Positions 49,392 through 58,694 of a DNA stretch of 64,000 bases are shown here, one piece after another; the first letter of the stretch is position 1, and every line of letters starts with the position of its first letter. This stretch comes from Candidatus Bathyarchaeota archaeon. Lineage in GTDB: Archaea > Thermoproteota > Bathyarchaeia > Bathyarchaeales > Bathycorpusculaceae. A program made the position numbers and the translations under genes. Below the pieces are notes generated by a model, which was not told the DNA's origin, ran no database searches, and saw only the letters and a program-made list of their open reading frames with translations. Location: assembly GCA_963782525.1 (NCBI GenBank), contig CAWAKC010000010.1, positions 1-64,000 on the forward strand, written 5' to 3'.

Positions 49392-49583
49392 TTATTTTTT
49401 CTTTGGCACAGAGGGTAATTCTGGAAGATAAACAGCTTTTTTGGATATCTCTACGCTGCAAGAACCAGGATGAGCTTTGCAGTAGTCTTCACAGTCTTGA
49501 GCTGTTTTCTTCTCTGCGTATCCAAGACCACAAATATCACAGAGAAAAACTGTTCTATCTCCAATCTTTTTTTCTGTAACCAA
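49392..49583 (-). CDS. Small Cys-rich metal-binding protein
   Basis: CDIC..Y...AQDCEDYC..H..SCS; directly upstream of copB. Confidence 0.65.
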   Translation of the reverse strand: MVTEKKIGDRTVFLCDICGLGYAEKKTAQDCEDYCKAHPGSCSVEISKKAVYLPELPSVPKKK

Positions 49584-49745
49584 AAGCAGACATCCCTAAA
49601 AAATAATTAATGTTAAACGTATTTAAAAATACTCAACAAATCAATTAACTGTAGTGGCCAAATTTACACTTTGTACTTAAGATCAAGAAGCGAGATGCAG
49701 ACTACACTCGAGACTGTTTAGTCAAAAGTGTATTTACCGATAATT

Positions 49746-50384
49746 TCAGCGCGCGGCAGCAACCCATTCGGAGAGAAGTACTTCGTTAGTGTTTCCAAAT
49801 TCCTTGACAGTGACGATGCCCCGTTGGGCAAATCGAGCTATTATTCGGTGTGTTTTGAGTCTGCTAAGACCTGCTTCTTTTACCACATATTTTTGAAGGT
49901 ATTTTCCTTGATGGGTAACTAAAACATTTAGAACTTTCTGTTCTTCAGGCGTCATAGTCCTTAGCAGTAAACTGCATGTGTTGGGTTCAACCGGCGAATT
50001 AACAACTAATCCTGCATCACTTTTAGCTGACTCCACTAAAACACTGTTTGCATTTGGCAGTTCACAGGTTCTCTTGACGTACCTGAGTTGAGGAAATGCT
50101 AAGTAAAAAGCTACCCCAATTACCGATACAGCCACGACGACGATTAATGCAACAGGAACTATCCAAAGATAGGACGTTGTTGTTCCATTGCCTGTGCCCA
50201 TCATTCCGCCCATTCCCCCATAGTTTCCGTTCGACCCTACGTGGGGACCCCACATTTGACTCATCCAACTTGACCCGTAATAAGACGGCGCTGTAGCGGC
50301 TAAATACCAGCCAACTAACGCAAGCGTCAGTAAAACACCCAGCGTAATTATGAAAATGGTGAGAAATACGTGCAATTTTTGCAT
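49746..50384 (-). CDS. Membrane-anchored wHTH transcriptional regulator with a Met-rich loop
   Basis: TM - WMSQMWGPH..GGMGGMMG - TM - MTPEEQKVL..Q..VVKEAGLSRLKTHRIIARFAQRGIV...GNTN. Confidence 0.78.
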   Translation of the reverse strand: MQKLHVFLTIFIITLGVLLTLALVGWYLAATAPSYYGSSWMSQMWGPHVGSNGNYGGMGGMMGTGNGTTTSYLWIVPVALIVVVAVSVIGVAFYLAFPQLRYVKRTCELPNANSVLVESAKSDAGLVVNSPVEPNTCSLLLRTMTPEEQKVLNVLVTHQGKYLQKYVVKEAGLSRLKTHRIIARFAQRGIVTVKEFGNTNEVLLSEWVAAAR

Positions 50385-50465
50385 GTTAAAGAAAATCTCT
50401 TAGCTGCACTTTAAGTTTTACCCAGGAAAACCTTTCTTTCAAACTATTAATCATCAATGAGGAAT

Positions 50466-50507
50466 TGTTTCAAGACTGTTTCATAATTGTTTCAGCGAAC
50501 TACCATA
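50466..50507 (+). promoter_or_regulatory. Three TGTTTCA direct repeats at 11-bp phasing plus promoter (copy 1)
   Basis: TGTTTCA at 50466, 50477 and 50488, then GCGAACTACCATA. Confidence 0.75.
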
Positions 50508-50541
50508 AGGCTCTATGCGCATATTGTAATATGGTGATGAA

Positions 50542-50838
50542 ATGCAAAAAACAAAAGTAATAATCGCCTTGGTCGTCGTTGCAGCATTAACGTTGACCAT
50601 AGTGGGATTAGCCTCAGCCCAAGTAGCCGCCAGCCAAACCAATACTGGCACAAGCCCCAATAATGGTTACTTTGGGTGGATTGGTAACTGTTTCGGATTA
50701 AGAAACAGCCAGCCATACGCCAACCAGTATGTCGCTCCACCAGCTGGCGCAAACAGCCAAGTTCCCCCACAAAGTCAAAGCAACGGTAACTACTATGGAT
50801 TTGGATCGTGCTGGGCACGATTTAACCAAAGCCCATAA
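50542..50838 (+). CDS. Small secreted Gly/Asn/Tyr-rich protein
   Basis: Signal peptide, two Cys, GGTGA SD. Confidence 0.65.
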   Translation: MQKTKVIIALVVVAALTLTIVGLASAQVAASQTNTGTSPNNGYFGWIGNCFGLRNSQPYANQYVAPPAGANSQVPPQSQSNGNYYGFGSCWARFNQSP

Positions 50839-50956
50839 ACTCTTTTTTTATTAAAATTCAATGTATTAAAAAACGGAAAACAGAAAAAGTTTTTTTATTC
50901 TCTTTAAATCAGAAAATAGCAATCTTTAATTTTGAGTTTTAGTTAACCCTACTTTC

Positions 50957-51715
50957 GTGCGAGAAAATCAATTTCTTATTCTGATATTGTCGGCAACTTC
51001 TGTTATTTTGTTACTCATGGCTTACTTGTTAGTTGATTCCAGTACTGCACAGATGATGATGAGTCCTACTCCTGCGCCCACTCCCACGACAAATAACTCG
51101 GTAGTCTCATTTGTCTTAATTGGGGTAGCCATCATTGTATCCCTAGCAGTTGTTGTCATTTATTTTTTCTATTCAAGAAACAAAAATAAAAAAATAGGCA
51201 GATTTTCTGAATCCAAATCTACGATAATCATCGGAAGGCAACCCACAATTGATTTAAAAACAGATACCGGCGATAAAGTCTCAAGACCTTTCGATGTCTT
51301 TTTATGCTACAAGAAGAGTTCCGGAAAAGATTACGCTGACCATTTAAAAGCAGGTTTAGAGGAGCTTGGGTTGCACACGTTCGAGGACTGTAAAGATATC
51401 CCTCAGACTGTTGACACAGAAGAAGGTTGGGCATGTTCTCGAGATAAAGCGTTGGAGGAAAGCAAATATTTTGTTCTCATTATGACTCCTGGCTTTGATT
51501 TGTCACGTGAGGTGACTAATGAAATTCGCATGGCAAGAAAACAAACCAATAAGATTTTTGTTTATTTTAGGCATCGAAGCATGGGCAGAAACATAATAGT
51601 TAATTTGGGGGATGAGGCTTTCGATATTGGAAAGCTCGAACAAGTATCTTTTGAGACCAAAGAAGAGCTGTTACGGCTTGCGCATGGCATACTTTTAAAA
51701 GCTAAGACTCCGTAG
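50957..51715 (+). CDS. Two-TM membrane protein with a C-terminal TIR domain
   Basis: DVFLCY, L...GLHTFED, ALEESKYFVLIMTP, SREVTNEI (conserved Glu position). Confidence 0.82.
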   Translation: MRENQFLILILSATSVILLLMAYLLVDSSTAQMMMSPTPAPTPTTNNSVVSFVLIGVAIIVSLAVVVIYFFYSRNKNKKIGRFSESKSTIIIGRQPTIDLKTDTGDKVSRPFDVFLCYKKSSGKDYADHLKAGLEELGLHTFEDCKDIPQTVDTEEGWACSRDKALEESKYFVLIMTPGFDLSREVTNEIRMARKQTNKIFVYFRHRSMGRNIIVNLGDEAFDIGKLEQVSFETKEELLRLAHGILLKAKTP

Positions 51716-51941
51716 GTTCCATTAATTTATAACTTGAGTTATAGCCTTGTTTTGTAGCTTCGGTGTTTTCTTGCACAGCATAACACCTCACTTCGTAAGG
51801 ATGCTGCTTTCTATGGTATTTCAGAATTACGTAAGAAAGGCCTATAAGCCTGTTATATTCTATATTAGAGTATTAGAATGTGTGTGATGGTTTAAGGTTG
51901 AAACCGAGGCCGAGAAGGATGTTAACTCAGCCTTCCACAAG

Positions 51942-51983
51942 CGTTTCAAAACTGTTTCATATCTGTTTCAGCCAACTATCATA
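51942..51983 (+). promoter_or_regulatory. Three (T/C)GTTTCA direct repeats at 11-bp phasing plus promoter (copy 2)
   Basis: Repeats at 51942, 51953 and 51964, then GCCAACTATCATA. Confidence 0.75.
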
Positions 51984-52020
51984 TCATTCGAATACCATAA
52001 TATCAGTAAAGGTGAAATGA

Positions 52021-52851
52021 ATGAAAAACTGGAAAATAATAACATTCGTTAGTGTTGCAGCGATTGTAGCTGCATTGTTAGCTTCATCCGCGTTTGCCGC
52101 GGCCATGATGGGCGGCGGTGGTTACGGAGGCTATGGAGGCATGATGGGAGGAGGCTACGGCTATGGATACAACAATCCACCTTACTCAACAGGAGCAACT
52201 ATCTCAACAACACCTTCAGCTCAGTACTATCAGCCAGTTTATCCGATGATGTTCGGAGGCGGCATGATGGGACAATTTGGCAACGGCTACGGCTTTGGCG
52301 GAATGATGGGCCGCTATGGATATACAGCACCCTACACATACACCGGTTCAGCAATAACAATTACCCAAGCAGTGACAATAGCCCAAAACTATGTGTCCTC
52401 AATCGGCAACCCCGACTTAGCAGTTAAACAAGTGGAAGAGTACTCAGCGAACTTCTATGTCCAAGTTAATGAGAAAAGCACCGGCAACGGAGCGTTCGAG
52501 CTCTTAATCAACAAGTACACCGGCAGCATCTATCCTGAGATGGGTCCTAACATGATGTGGAACACAAAGTATGGCATGATGAGCGGCGGAATCTTGGGTG
52601 GAATCTTTGGAACTCCAACCACAACAATGCCTCTAACTTCGGTTCAAGCAACGAGTAACGCCCAGCAATGCCTGACTAGCTACCTGCCAGGAACAACTAC
52701 AGGTGACGTAGCAACATTCTACGGTTACTATACTATCGAAGTGCTTAACGGCGGAACAACCTACGGCATGTTAAGCGTTAATGGTTTCACTGGGCAAGTC
52801 TGGGTTCACACTTGGCATGGAACGTTTGTCCAAGAACAGCAGGTAAGCTAA
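52021..52851 (+). CDS. Secreted GMMG-repeat protein with PepSY-like domains
   Basis: Signal peptide, repeated GGMMG, ITQAVTIAQ, PEMGPNMMWNTKYGMM, VHTWHG. Confidence 0.75.
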   Translation: MKNWKIITFVSVAAIVAALLASSAFAAAMMGGGGYGGYGGMMGGGYGYGYNNPPYSTGATISTTPSAQYYQPVYPMMFGGGMMGQFGNGYGFGGMMGRYGYTAPYTYTGSAITITQAVTIAQNYVSSIGNPDLAVKQVEEYSANFYVQVNEKSTGNGAFELLINKYTGSIYPEMGPNMMWNTKYGMMSGGILGGIFGTPTTTMPLTSVQATSNAQQCLTSYLPGTTTGDVATFYGYYTIEVLNGGTTYGMLSVNGFTGQVWVHTWHGTFVQEQQVS

Positions 52852-52920
52852 GAAACCCTATCCTTTTCTTTTTTGTAATTTTATGTTTAGAATAATTGAA
52901 AACCTAAAGAGGCGAGAGCT

Positions 52921-53292
52921 ATGTTAGAATATTCAAATAAGCAGGTAACTGAAATGTCGAAATCAACCTTTGATGTGTCAATATATGAGTTGCAAGCGGA
53001 AATTTCAAAGACGCTATCGCATCCTCTGAGGATTGCAATTATCCATTATCTAAAAGATGGCGAAAAAACAGTAAATGAGCTTACCCAAACATTGGGCGCT
53101 AGTCAATCTAACGTATCTCAGCATTTAGCGATAATGAGGCAAAGGCAAATTGTTAAAACTAGAAAAGAGGGTTCAACTGTTTATTATCGAGTTGCCAGCC
53201 CAAAGATTAGCCAAGCTTGTGACATGGTTCGAGAGGTACTCATAGAACAGCTCAGCCAAAGACAAGAAATTGCGAAAACTTTCTCACCATAA
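52921..53292 (+). CDS. ArsR/SmtB family regulator
   Basis: KTLSHPLRIAII, SQSNVSQHL, RKEGSTVYY. Confidence 0.92.
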   Translation: MLEYSNKQVTEMSKSTFDVSIYELQAEISKTLSHPLRIAIIHYLKDGEKTVNELTQTLGASQSNVSQHLAIMRQRQIVKTRKEGSTVYYRVASPKISQACDMVREVLIEQLSQRQEIAKTFSP

Positions 53293-53304
53293 GAGGAATT
53301 GAAA

Positions 53305-53478
53305 ATGTGTCCGTTTGGTTTTGGATGCGGTTGCGGTGGAGGATCCAACAAAGGAAAGAGAGAAGTCACTCGCGAGGTAATTCGTGAAGTTGTGATGATT
53401 CCTTGCAAATACTGTGGAGCTCTCTTTCAACAAACAGCAACCTTTTGCCCTCATTGCGGAGCAAAGAGAACTGTTTAA
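53305..53478 (+). CDS. 57-aa zinc-ribbon protein with a Cys-rich N-terminus
   Basis: MCPFGFGCGCGG...CKYCG...FCPHCGA; below the track cutoff. Confidence 0.75.
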   Translation: MCPFGFGCGCGGGSNKGKREVTREVIREVVMIPCKYCGALFQQTATFCPHCGAKRTV

Positions 53479-53500
53479 CAACTAAAGAATATAACATATA

Positions 53501-54235
53501 ATGGGAGATTTTCATTTGTCCAAATTAAAACTCTTAACAGCCCTTTTGTCAGTTGCGCTTTTGGCATCGTTCGTATTTCCTGTTTTAGGTCTAACATACA
53601 ATCCAGGGGTTGTGTCGGGGCAATATGTAAAATATGGCAATTTTGTTGGGGTCGGTCAAGGGGTTGAGTCTTTCAATGATTATGATTGGCTAAAGCTACT
53701 GGTGACTGATGTTTCTGGAAAATCGGTCACTTTGCTTTCAACTAGCCAATATAAGAACGGGACAGCTATCGCCGGCAATGGTACCGTTTCAGTTTGGAAC
53801 ATTGAAACAGGAACACAAGACGGCGTTCCAAGTACTCAAGGTCCAATCATACCTTCAAACCTGAATCAAGGCGACCCAATACCGCCACCTAACACCTATG
53901 CCGTTAACAGAACTGAGAGTCGAACGTACCTGGGTGTTAGCCGAACTGTGAATATTCTTGATGCTTCACTTTCAACGCCCAGTTATAACGTAACTGTGAC
54001 TTACGTTTATGACAAAGCTTCCGGAATGCTGTTAGAGTCAACCACTCAAACAACAACTCAAGCGGACCCTCAACCTGTTGTAACAACAATTTCCTATAGC
54101 GTAATTGAAACGAACATTTTTGGTTCAGGGAATCCTTCGCCTTCTGTTCCAGAGTTTCCCATAGCCATCGTAGTTGTTGTTATCGTTGTTATAGTAGGCG
54201 TTGCTGCAGCGCTCATCCTATTCAAGAAAAAATAA
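53501..54235 (+). CDS. Surface protein with a PEF-CTERM-like sorting signal
   Basis: Signal peptide; VPEFP + TM + KKK. Confidence 0.75.
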   Translation: MGDFHLSKLKLLTALLSVALLASFVFPVLGLTYNPGVVSGQYVKYGNFVGVGQGVESFNDYDWLKLLVTDVSGKSVTLLSTSQYKNGTAIAGNGTVSVWNIETGTQDGVPSTQGPIIPSNLNQGDPIPPPNTYAVNRTESRTYLGVSRTVNILDASLSTPSYNVTVTYVYDKASGMLLESTTQTTTQADPQPVVTTISYSVIETNIFGSGNPSPSVPEFPIAIVVVVIVVIVGVAAALILFKKK

Positions 54236-54359
54236 AAACCCATCAGTCATATTTTCACTTTTTGTCCCAAACATTAACTGCAAAATTAGTTAGCCTCAAC
54301 ACTTCAACTTTACTGTACTTTTCATAAATTGATTAGCAAATTTTATGAATCAAAGACCT

Positions 54360-54910
54360 ATCCGCTATAGGTCAGGTCAATTTGAATGAAAACTGTTTTA
54401 TCTCCTATACTTCCACTGCCGAACATTATAAAATAATTTCCGCTTGATAAGGTAACGTTGAGGTTGCCTGATGCCATGGGGAACAGGTCTTTGTTATAAC
54501 ATGGGCTGGAATTATGACCGCTTAAGTAATTGATGAATTCCTTTTAACTCCATACTGTTACTACTACGTTGTTATTTGTGCTGTTGCCAGTCGAAGTGAA
54601 GTTTCCTTGAAGAACTGGATTTAAGGCGTTTTCTGGAACATTAAAACCCGTGAAGTAGTCACCAGTGGGATTTGATGTTTGGGTTGCTGCTGTTTGCTGT
54701 GGTGCCGCTTAGTATGGCTGAAGTTAGGATTGCTGTGATCATGACTGCGACTATGACTTCTAAAGCCAAGTTTCTAGCAAAATGACTTTTAGGTTTACTC
54801 TGGGTCTGTGTTGGTGATGCTTGGAATGCTAACATTTTGAATCCTGAAAGGTATCAATGGTTAATTGCCAAATTGAGTTCTTGCACGTCTAGATTAGTTC
54901 ACGCAATCCG
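54360..54910 (-). pseudogene. Degraded membrane-anchored protein
   Basis: TM segment, then a beta-rich domain (LQGNFTSTG, NVVVTVWS*, GNLNVTL..GNYFI) with an internal stop and frame change. Confidence 0.45.
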
Positions 54911-55081
54911 AAAAAGGTTAAAACTAAGTACTAACAACTTGATGTTCCACTTTTGGAACAATTTGTTCCATAGATAGAACTAAATTTTACTTACAGCAAA
55001 GATATTTCAGGTGGAACAATAAACAAATCAGGGCTTTCAAACGGGCTCTCAAAAAAACGAGCTATAAGCATTATCGGGATA

Positions 55082-55795
55082 TTGGTAGGAATATTATTTC
55101 TTGCAGTACTTGTTAGTCTTAGTTGGAATGGTTTTTTCCAATCAAATAATCAAACTAATAATAATCCAACACTAGCGTCTACACCCTTTGATTATAACTT
55201 GAGCGTCCTGAAACTGGACTCTATAGTTATGCAAGGCAATACTGTTCCGATTGATATCGTCATAACCTACGCTCAAGGCTCACCTGAAAAGGTATTATTG
55301 AATGCAACAGGCATATCCAAAGAAGCAAACTATAGCTTTACTCAAGTAGAAGGCGCACCAACAAACAACAGTTCCTTTAACAGTACCTTAACAATACTTG
55401 TTACAGAATTCATGCTTTCAGACCAATATAACATAACAATAACCTCTACTGCAACCAATGGAAAGACGTACTCCTCACATTATGATTTAACGGTTATAAA
55501 CTCCAAGATTTCAGTTTCAGGTACAGTCACCACAAACAAGGGAAGAATACCAACACAGATAATCTTTGAGCAAATGTCAGGTTCAGGTTCGTTAACAGGC
55601 AAAGTTTACAGTTCATCGATTGTTTCAGGTACTTATTCTGTGGTTCTTCCAAACAAAGAGTTTTTTGCAGTAAGCGTCAATTGGGAAAGCCCTGACGGAA
55701 CTTCTGGAATACAGTATTTTATTCAACCATACGGAACAAATGCTGGAGTCGGTGTAAATTCAATAATCTGCCCATTCGAATGGGAAACTGCTTGA
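55082..55795 (+). CDS. Secreted/anchored Ig-like beta-sandwich protein
   Basis: N-terminal TM; STLTI...YNITITST pattern. Confidence 0.6.
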   Translation: MVGILFLAVLVSLSWNGFFQSNNQTNNNPTLASTPFDYNLSVLKLDSIVMQGNTVPIDIVITYAQGSPEKVLLNATGISKEANYSFTQVEGAPTNNSSFNSTLTILVTEFMLSDQYNITITSTATNGKTYSSHYDLTVINSKISVSGTVTTNKGRIPTQIIFEQMSGSGSLTGKVYSSSIVSGTYSVVLPNKEFFAVSVNWESPDGTSGIQYFIQPYGTNAGVGVNSIICPFEWETA

Positions 55796-55869
55796 TTAAA
55801 CTTAGGAATTCGAACAGAAACACGGTACACCCAACCGTGGGAAAAGGACAACTTTTCGGCATTACCTTC

Positions 55870-55975
55870 TCATTTTTGTTTTTCAGCTTCTCCCCAAGTA
55901 TCCACACAAAAACCCGTGAGAGCCCAATGCCAACCTCGTTTCTTCGCAACATGCTCCAAACTCCTTCTCCAATCG
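55870..55975 (-). pseudogene. Orphan 3' fragment paralogous to the wHTH gene at 6122..6598
   Basis: RLEKEFG/EHVAKKRGWHWALTGFCVDTWGEAEKQK*. Confidence 0.8.
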
Positions 55976-56075
55976 CGTACTGCAAAAAAGGTCAAGATGT
56001 GTTATGGGCAGAACTACATTTCGAAACGCTTTTTTTCAAACTACCCGAGTAGAAAAAGAGTTGTTTCATAGCAAC

Positions 56076-57417
56076 TTAAATTGTAACATCTTTGAAATGC
56101 ACCCAATCGCCTTTTATCCAGTCAAAGTATTCATCAGTATAATTCACGAGCTTTAAAAAAATGCGAGAGAGAAGAACGTATAAACCATTGAATGCTTTGG
56201 CTAGCTCATCAACGTTCTTGTAGTTACCGACATGAGTAATTTCATTTCTTATTTTTATGATTGTATTTACGTCTCCTATAAGATCGTTATATTTAATTCC
56301 TAAATGCTCTAACAAAGAGACTATTCCAGCGCCAATCGAGCGTCTATTTAGGCCATTAAGCTTCATGTAAATCTCAGACCGTTGGCTAGCTTCAAGACCT
56401 AAATTAATCATATAATCTCTTGAGTAATTATGTAACATAGGAACAAATTGTTTCTCAAAGACATCCTGATTCATAGTGAACTCAGTTCCACTCTTGGCTT
56501 GATATCGATCAACTAACAATTCAAGGCACGTGCATGCCATTAAGTACTTAGATTCTAAAACAGATGCTATATTTGCTTCTAAATACCATTCTAAAGCAAT
56601 TCTGAAATCATAGTTTTCGTTTAGTTCTTTTTCTCTTCCTTTATACCCCGAGTAGGCTGAAGAATAAAACAAATGAGAATGAGCGGGATTAGTTAAACCT
56701 CTAAAGTGTGGAATCTTTTCTTTGGGAGATTTCATTTTTTGGAGGACTATTTTGTGTTGGTCTGTCTCTTCAATTTTTTGATAGATGTTAATAGAACACC
56801 AATCATTAAAGCATGTATCAGCAAGTCTAGAGATACAAAGAAAGCCTTCAATAATCTCAATTGATTTTGAAAGCAGATCACTGAAAGTATTAAATTTCTT
56901 ATTTATAGAAATGTCAGCTATTGCGGTTATTCCAGAGATATTTAGTAACTTTATTGATCTAAGCAAGTCCTCATGATTCTTAATCGGGTTTAGATTTAAT
57001 GTACCTATTTCAGTATCAACTTTTACTCTGAAGGTATAATCCACATTAAGGCGCGCTGCTCTAACTACTATTTCATTTTTTGGAGCATCTTTCATTTTGG
57101 AGCCATTAAAGAATGACTTGATATGCGACAAATCCACCTGATAATGGTTCATCGCCAAAGTGCAAGCTGTTTAAAAGCCATTGTTCGATAACAATTTCAT
57201 CGCCATTCTTATTCATCCCTTTTAATTTATAGTACTTAGGTGAACGAAATAAATTGTCCACCTTCGAATAATTCTGGGAAGATGTTTTAATTGTTCCAAT
57301 TATTTGACCGTTTTGCATTTGTTTAAATTCAAATTTTGTCTCTAAAGTTTCGGATTCAAAAATCATTTCACCAGTGCATTCGTGCTCAGTAACTGGTGAA
57401 AGTAATATTTCAGCCAT
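56076..57417 (-). pseudogene. ApeA-like HEPN domain protein, frameshifted near 57108
   Basis: ALEWY, YLMACTCLE, RNEITH (RxxxxH), ApeA-type N-terminal region; AT-rich. Confidence 0.7.
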
Positions 57418-57513
57418 GATTATCGCTTACAAATAGTTATGAATTTGGTTTTATGTTTTTGCTTGGGTCTGTTGTTTTTTATGATATAGAAAAATAATCT
57501 TCAGTTAATTGTA

Positions 57514-57609
57514 TTAGTTAAACTTGTTTTTCTTTGTCTCTTCTTCACTTAAACCCCACGCTTCAGCTGTGAAGCTAGTGAGTGCCCAATGCCAACCTCT
57601 TTTTTCGGC
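57514..57609 (-). pseudogene. Second orphan 3' fragment of the same wHTH family
   Basis: AEKRGWHWALTSFTAEAWGLSEEETKKNKFN*. Confidence 0.8.
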
Positions 57610-57853
57610 TTCGAAAGCTTTAGAAAATGTTTAGTTTGTCTGTTCAATTCAATTTGAACATTGTTCAAAAGAATAGGCTGGCTTTTCTGCTGAATTTCAA
57701 CCAAACGGAACCTTGCTTAATATTGGTATACCAAGTTGAGGCTATCTTCCACTATATGCATGCAATATTTACAAAATAACTCATTATCTTTTTTTTCCTT
57801 GATTGCTTCTTGGTTTCGCTTAGCAGGATCACGTTATTTTATCCTAACTTGTA

Positions 57854-57933
57854 AGAAGAAGAACGGCTGTTCCCTGAAAATTTTGTTCTTCATCTTTCAA
57901 CAATCCAATTGGTTTAACCGAGAGAAGAAGACA
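57854..57933. repeat. GAA/TTC hairpin unit related to the 38.1-kb array
   Basis: AGAAGAAGAAC...GTTCTTCATCTTTCAAC, then a second left arm AGAAGAAGACA 69 bp later. Confidence 0.6.
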
Positions 57934-58193
57934 AGGGCTACATGCGATCACTGCAGCAAGAATTGATGACAGGCGCCTAATCAACCGCAGGCGTAGAAGT
58001 TGTTGCTGCTGCTGATGCTGATGCAAACCAATTTTGCACAACAACAATTTGCATCTATCAAAGAGTAACCGCTTCAAAACGGATATGGAAAAGAAAGTTA
58101 ATTCTTCAAACAACCAAAACCGCCTATACGATTTATTACCATACTCTTTGGCAGTGAGTTTGACTTATATTCACAGATTCTTTAATAGGAGTT

Positions 58194-58694
58194 ATGAAAA
58201 AACTGTGGCTGCTCTTTGCGTTAATTATTGTTGTGGCAAGCCAAGTTGCTGTTCTATCTTCATTTCATTCTTTTAATGTTAACACTTGGGCAGTTGATTC
58301 AACTACTGTGGTGATTTCAAAGGCTGGTTATGCTCATCTTAGAGTTGAAATTGACATAATCCCTCAAATTCTCAATGGACAAACTAATACGACGCTGATA
58401 TTTCCAAACGGCACCTCAACAAAAGTCCCTGTTGTAGCGCATTACAAATTCTCAGTTATCCTTCCAAGCACTGGGCCATTTACAGGAAGTTTTGGACTTC
58501 AAACTGAAGGAATTAACATTTCAGATAATCATCCAATAGACGTAGAGTTCGTATCAAATAACAGCACAAATCTTCAACAGGTTCTCTCCCAATATCAAAC
58601 TTATCCCGGATTTTCGTCAGGAATTTCAGTCTACTGGTTTATCGTTCAAGGAAACGCACAAGTAAGCATTCAAGGGTATGGTGTGGCACTTTGA
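58194..58694 (+). CDS. Secreted hypothetical protein
   Basis: Signal peptide, beta-rich; overlaps the next gene. Confidence 0.6.
   Translation: MKKLWLLFALIIVVASQVAVLSSFHSFNVNTWAVDSTTVVISKAGYAHLRVEIDIIPQILNGQTNTTLIFPNGTSTKVPVVAHYKFSVILPSTGPFTGSFGLQTEGINISDNHPIDVEFVSNNSTNLQQVLSQYQTYPGFSSGISVYWFIVQGNAQVSIQGYGVAL

Noticed and set aside
55719-56052. ORFs 55719..55985 and 55780..56052
   Set aside because: Wrong-frame and antisense readings of the wHTH 3' fragment
57844-58113. ORF with a poly-Gln tract
   Set aside because: Arises from the CTG/TTG low-complexity hairpin region
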